From NCBI GenBank assembly GCA_950097015.1, contig CATNEN010000025.1:1550001-1614000 (forward strand): DNA of 64,000 nucleotides, written 5' to 3'. Shown here in pieces: positions 61,117-64,000 of this stretch; within the stretch, counting starts at the first letter, position 1, and every line of letters begins with the position of its first letter. The position numbers and the translations under genes were made by a program. Source of the stretch: Macrostomum hystrix (Eukaryota > Animalia > Platyhelminthes). The notes beneath the pieces were generated by a model. It worked only from the letters and a program-made list of their open reading frames with translations, was not told where the DNA came from and ran no database searches.

Positions 61117-63637
61117 TCACTGCAAATGAATAGTCTGAACGCCGGCCATGATTCTATTCCAGAGATCCTTCTTGCATTTCGGATGACTCTTGATGCTGGT
61201 TAGCAACTGTTGCCACTGCTGGCTCGGGTCCATCGGCGGGAATTCCTCTTTGACTCGGTGGGCGCGTAGAATATACGAGACTAGGTCGTCCCATTCGTTT
61301 GTGGTCAGGTGGTTCAGCCGATAATCGATGTAGGAGTGATAGCTGGCAGGATTGAGGAAAATCAATTTTAGATTTAAGGGTAAGAAATCGTTGATGACTT
61401 TTGGTATACAATGAGCAAACCAGGTTAGGTGTTGCAATGCAATGACAAACACTTTTTGAGGATATACAGGATTAATGATTATTTACTAGACTGGGGAATC
61501 AGGTGTAATGACCAACTAATAGAATGGGTATCAGGTGTAATGACCAACTAATAGAATGGGGATCAGGTGTAATGACCAACTAATATACTTAGGGGATCAG
61601 GTGTAATGACCAACAAATATACAGGGATCAGGTGCAATGACCAACTAGACTGGGGAATCAGGCGTAATGACCAACTAATAGAATGGGTATCAGGTGTAAT
61701 CACCAACTAGACTGGGGGATCAGGTGTAATGACCAACTAGACTGGGAGATCGGGTGTAATGACCAACTAGACTGGGGAATCAGGTGTAATGATCATCTAA
61801 TAGACTGGGAGATCAGGTGTAATGACCAACTAGACTGGGAGATCAGGTGTAATGATCAACTAATAGACTAGGAGATCAGGTGTAATGACCAACTAATAGA
61901 CTGGGAGATCATGTGTAATGATCATCTAATAGACTGGGGGATCAGGTGTAATGACCAACTAGACTGGGAGCTCAGGTGTAATAACCAACTAATAGACTGG
62001 GAGATCAGGAGCAATGACCAACTAATAGACTGGGAGATCAGGAGTAATGACCAACTAGACTGGGAGATCAGGAGCAATGACCAACTAATAGACTGGGAGA
62101 TCAGGAGTAATGACCAACTAGACTGGGAGATCAGGTGTAATGACCAAGAAGCCAATGAAACCAGTCGTTATACGATAACTCACAGCTTGTGCAGGCGGCT
62201 GGTGAGTTTAACAATCTCAGACTGAGTAGAGTGAGAGGCAGGCGAACTCTGCGAGTAGGCTGTGACTTGCCGGATGATCTGTTCCAAGACGTCAGGCATG
62301 TGGATGCAGCCCAGCACTAGGGTGCAATAATCCACTACGGCTTTGTAATCAAGCCGAACTGCCACAGACAATGCCCATTGTACTTCGCCACCGTACTGAT
62401 TATTGGGCCCGAATCTGGAATTGTCGCGACTGCTGCTGTTAAACAGCTGGGCATCGTTGCGGCTTGTTGGCGACTGGTAGAACGCCTTCATGGCTCTCAG
62501 GGCGCAGTTGAAAGCGTTCTCCAGGTATTGGCGCGACTTTGTAGACGCCTGAGTAGCCTGCTGCTGCTGCTGTTGCTGCTGCCTAGCCGCATGCGCTGCT
62601 AGCTGCTGTTGCTGCTGCTGCTGCTGCGGTTGCTGCTGGATAGCCAGTCGAGCGGCCATGTGATGATGATGATGATGCGCAGGCGGAGGTACAAATGTAC
62701 CAATTAGGCCCTGCGGAATCTGAGCCGGATTCCACAGATTGGGATGAGGCCCGCCAACCTGCGACTGGGCTGCCGCGCCCGGCGGAGGCGTATTGGCAAA
62801 AAAGTGCGCCTGCGGCGGAGGCCTGGCTGGCGAATAGAACGGAGCAGAGTGCGGCGGCGGCGGAGGCGGCATGTGGTGGCTGAAAGGCCCGGCCTGGTAG
62901 AGGCTGGGATGATGAGGCGGATACATCGGACCTGGCGGCGGCATAGCGGCGTATTGGGCGGCAACCGACTGCGGCGTCACTGGCGGCGGTGGCTGCTGCT
63001 GAGGCGGAACCGGCGGCGGCTGCGACTGCCAGTAGGCGGCGGATGTCATCACTGAGGGATCGGCCGACTGCGGCTGCGGCGGCTGCGGAATTGCTGGCTG
63101 CGGCGGCATCCGAGCAGCCGCTGCTGAAGCTGAACGCTGCTGATGCAGAGTCTGCTGAGCAGTGCTCGCTGGCAGTGAAGATTCGTACAACTCGTACCAC
63201 TGCTTGGCCACCTATGTTTCGGATTCAATGGCAGAAGCTAGAAACGAAACCTAATCCAGGGGAACTAAATTAAGTGTCTTTTGAAGCTGGTTTATAATAT
63301 GGGATTCGAACTCCAGACTGAAACCGGTATAGTTAAATATAGAATTAATGATTAAAAAGGATGACAGCTAACCTGAAACAGAACCGTAGGGTGGACACCG
63401 CCGGCCATCTTCTTAGCCGATGCGTCGACAGCGTACAGGCCCTTCTCGAGCACCTCCAGGCTCTGATCTTTGCACTGGTCTAGGCAGCGGCGAATCTCTT
63501 GCGGATTGAGCGTGTGCGCCTCGTGCAGGCAGTCCAGGCACAGCTGGGCGGCCACAGCGCAGATGCCCTGGTCACGATTGCGGGCCACCTTGTCCGCTGG
63601 AATTCGGGTGAGAGTGGCCGACTTATATGAGAGCTGC
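61117..63637 (-). CDS. ZSWIM8: ZSWIM8 (Dora/EBAX-1)-like protein, last three coding exons; gene continues past the window end
   Basis: Exons (minus): 63373-63637 (AQLCLDCLHEAHTLNPQEIRRCLDQCKDQ...LEKG...GGVHPTVLFQ), 62184-63211 (VAKQWYELYE, P/Q/H-rich tract, EVQWALSVAVRL), 61117-61342 (YHSYIDYRLNHL...KCKKDLW). Phases are consistent. Confidence 0.85.
61488..62150. repeat. 28/32-bp minisatellite, last ZSWIM8 intron
   Basis: Unit gactgggagatcaggtgtaatgaccaacta(ata). Confidence 0.92.
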
Positions 63638-63651
63638 CTGTAGTCGAGGAG

Positions 63652-64000
63652 AAGAACATGGAAGGGGGGAGAACATGGAAGGGGAGAAGAACTGGGAACT
63701 GGGAAGAACAGGAGCTGGGAAGACCAGAAGCTGGGAAGAACAGGGAACTGGAAAAAATAGGAGCTGGGAAGACCAGGGAGCTGGGAACAACAGGGAACTG
63801 GAAAAAATAGGAGCTGGGAAGACCAGGGAGCTGGGAACAACAGGAGCTGGGAACAACAGGAGCTGGGAAGAACAGGAGCTGGGAAGAACAGGAGCTGGGA
63901 AGAACAGGAGCTGGGAAGAACAGGAGCTGGGAAGAACAGGAGCTGGGAAGAACAGGAGCTGGGAAGAACAGGAGCTGGGAAGAACAGGAGCTGGGAAGAA
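63652..64000. repeat. 16-bp minisatellite, ZSWIM8 intron (runs off the window)
   Basis: Unit gaacaggagctgggaa. Confidence 0.95.

Noticed and set aside
6674-64000. Arrays as CRISPR loci
   Set aside because: The units are head-to-tail with no unique spacers, there are no cas genes, and the context is eukaryotic.
5394-64000. Sense-strand pyrimidine bias of intronic arrays
   Set aside because: It holds for the HMCES, MYND and ZSWIM8 arrays but not SYT12, and there are too few cases to claim a rule.

Overview
Eukaryotic (animal) genomic DNA. The style (GC-rich, Ala/Gly/Gln-rich exons, AT-rich spacers, minisatellite-filled introns) suggests an invertebrate such as the flatworm Macrostomum; this is inference only. 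I reconstructed six spliced genes by hand using GT-AG boundaries and reading-frame phase: HMCES (-, 186-13706, 7 exons), NXF1 (-, 15436-22911, 7 exons), a double-MYND/MSS51-like gene (+, 27970-37470), RNF168-like (+, 41369-42685), SYT12-like (+, 46824-53863) and the 3' end of ZSWIM8 (-, 61117 to at least 63637). A young full-length LTR retrotransposon (951-5231, 187-bp LTRs, identical by eye) sits inside a hAT MITE in HMCES intron 6. It has several odd features: a 39-bp flanking duplication with a fold-back junction, gag and pol fused by one extra A upstream of a hidden -1 slippery site, no tRNA primer-binding site, a DIRS/cellular-type RNase H motif, and an in-frame minisatellite in pol. Other mobile elements are two more hAT-like MITEs, a Mutator-like MITE, a TIR element with a PHD-finger ORF, and a tRNA-SINE relic overlapping a splice donor. 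About 23 kb (roughly 35%) of the window is more than 20 mutually unrelated minisatellite arrays (16-67-bp units). These produce most of the long ORFs in the supplied track, which I treat as non-coding artefacts.
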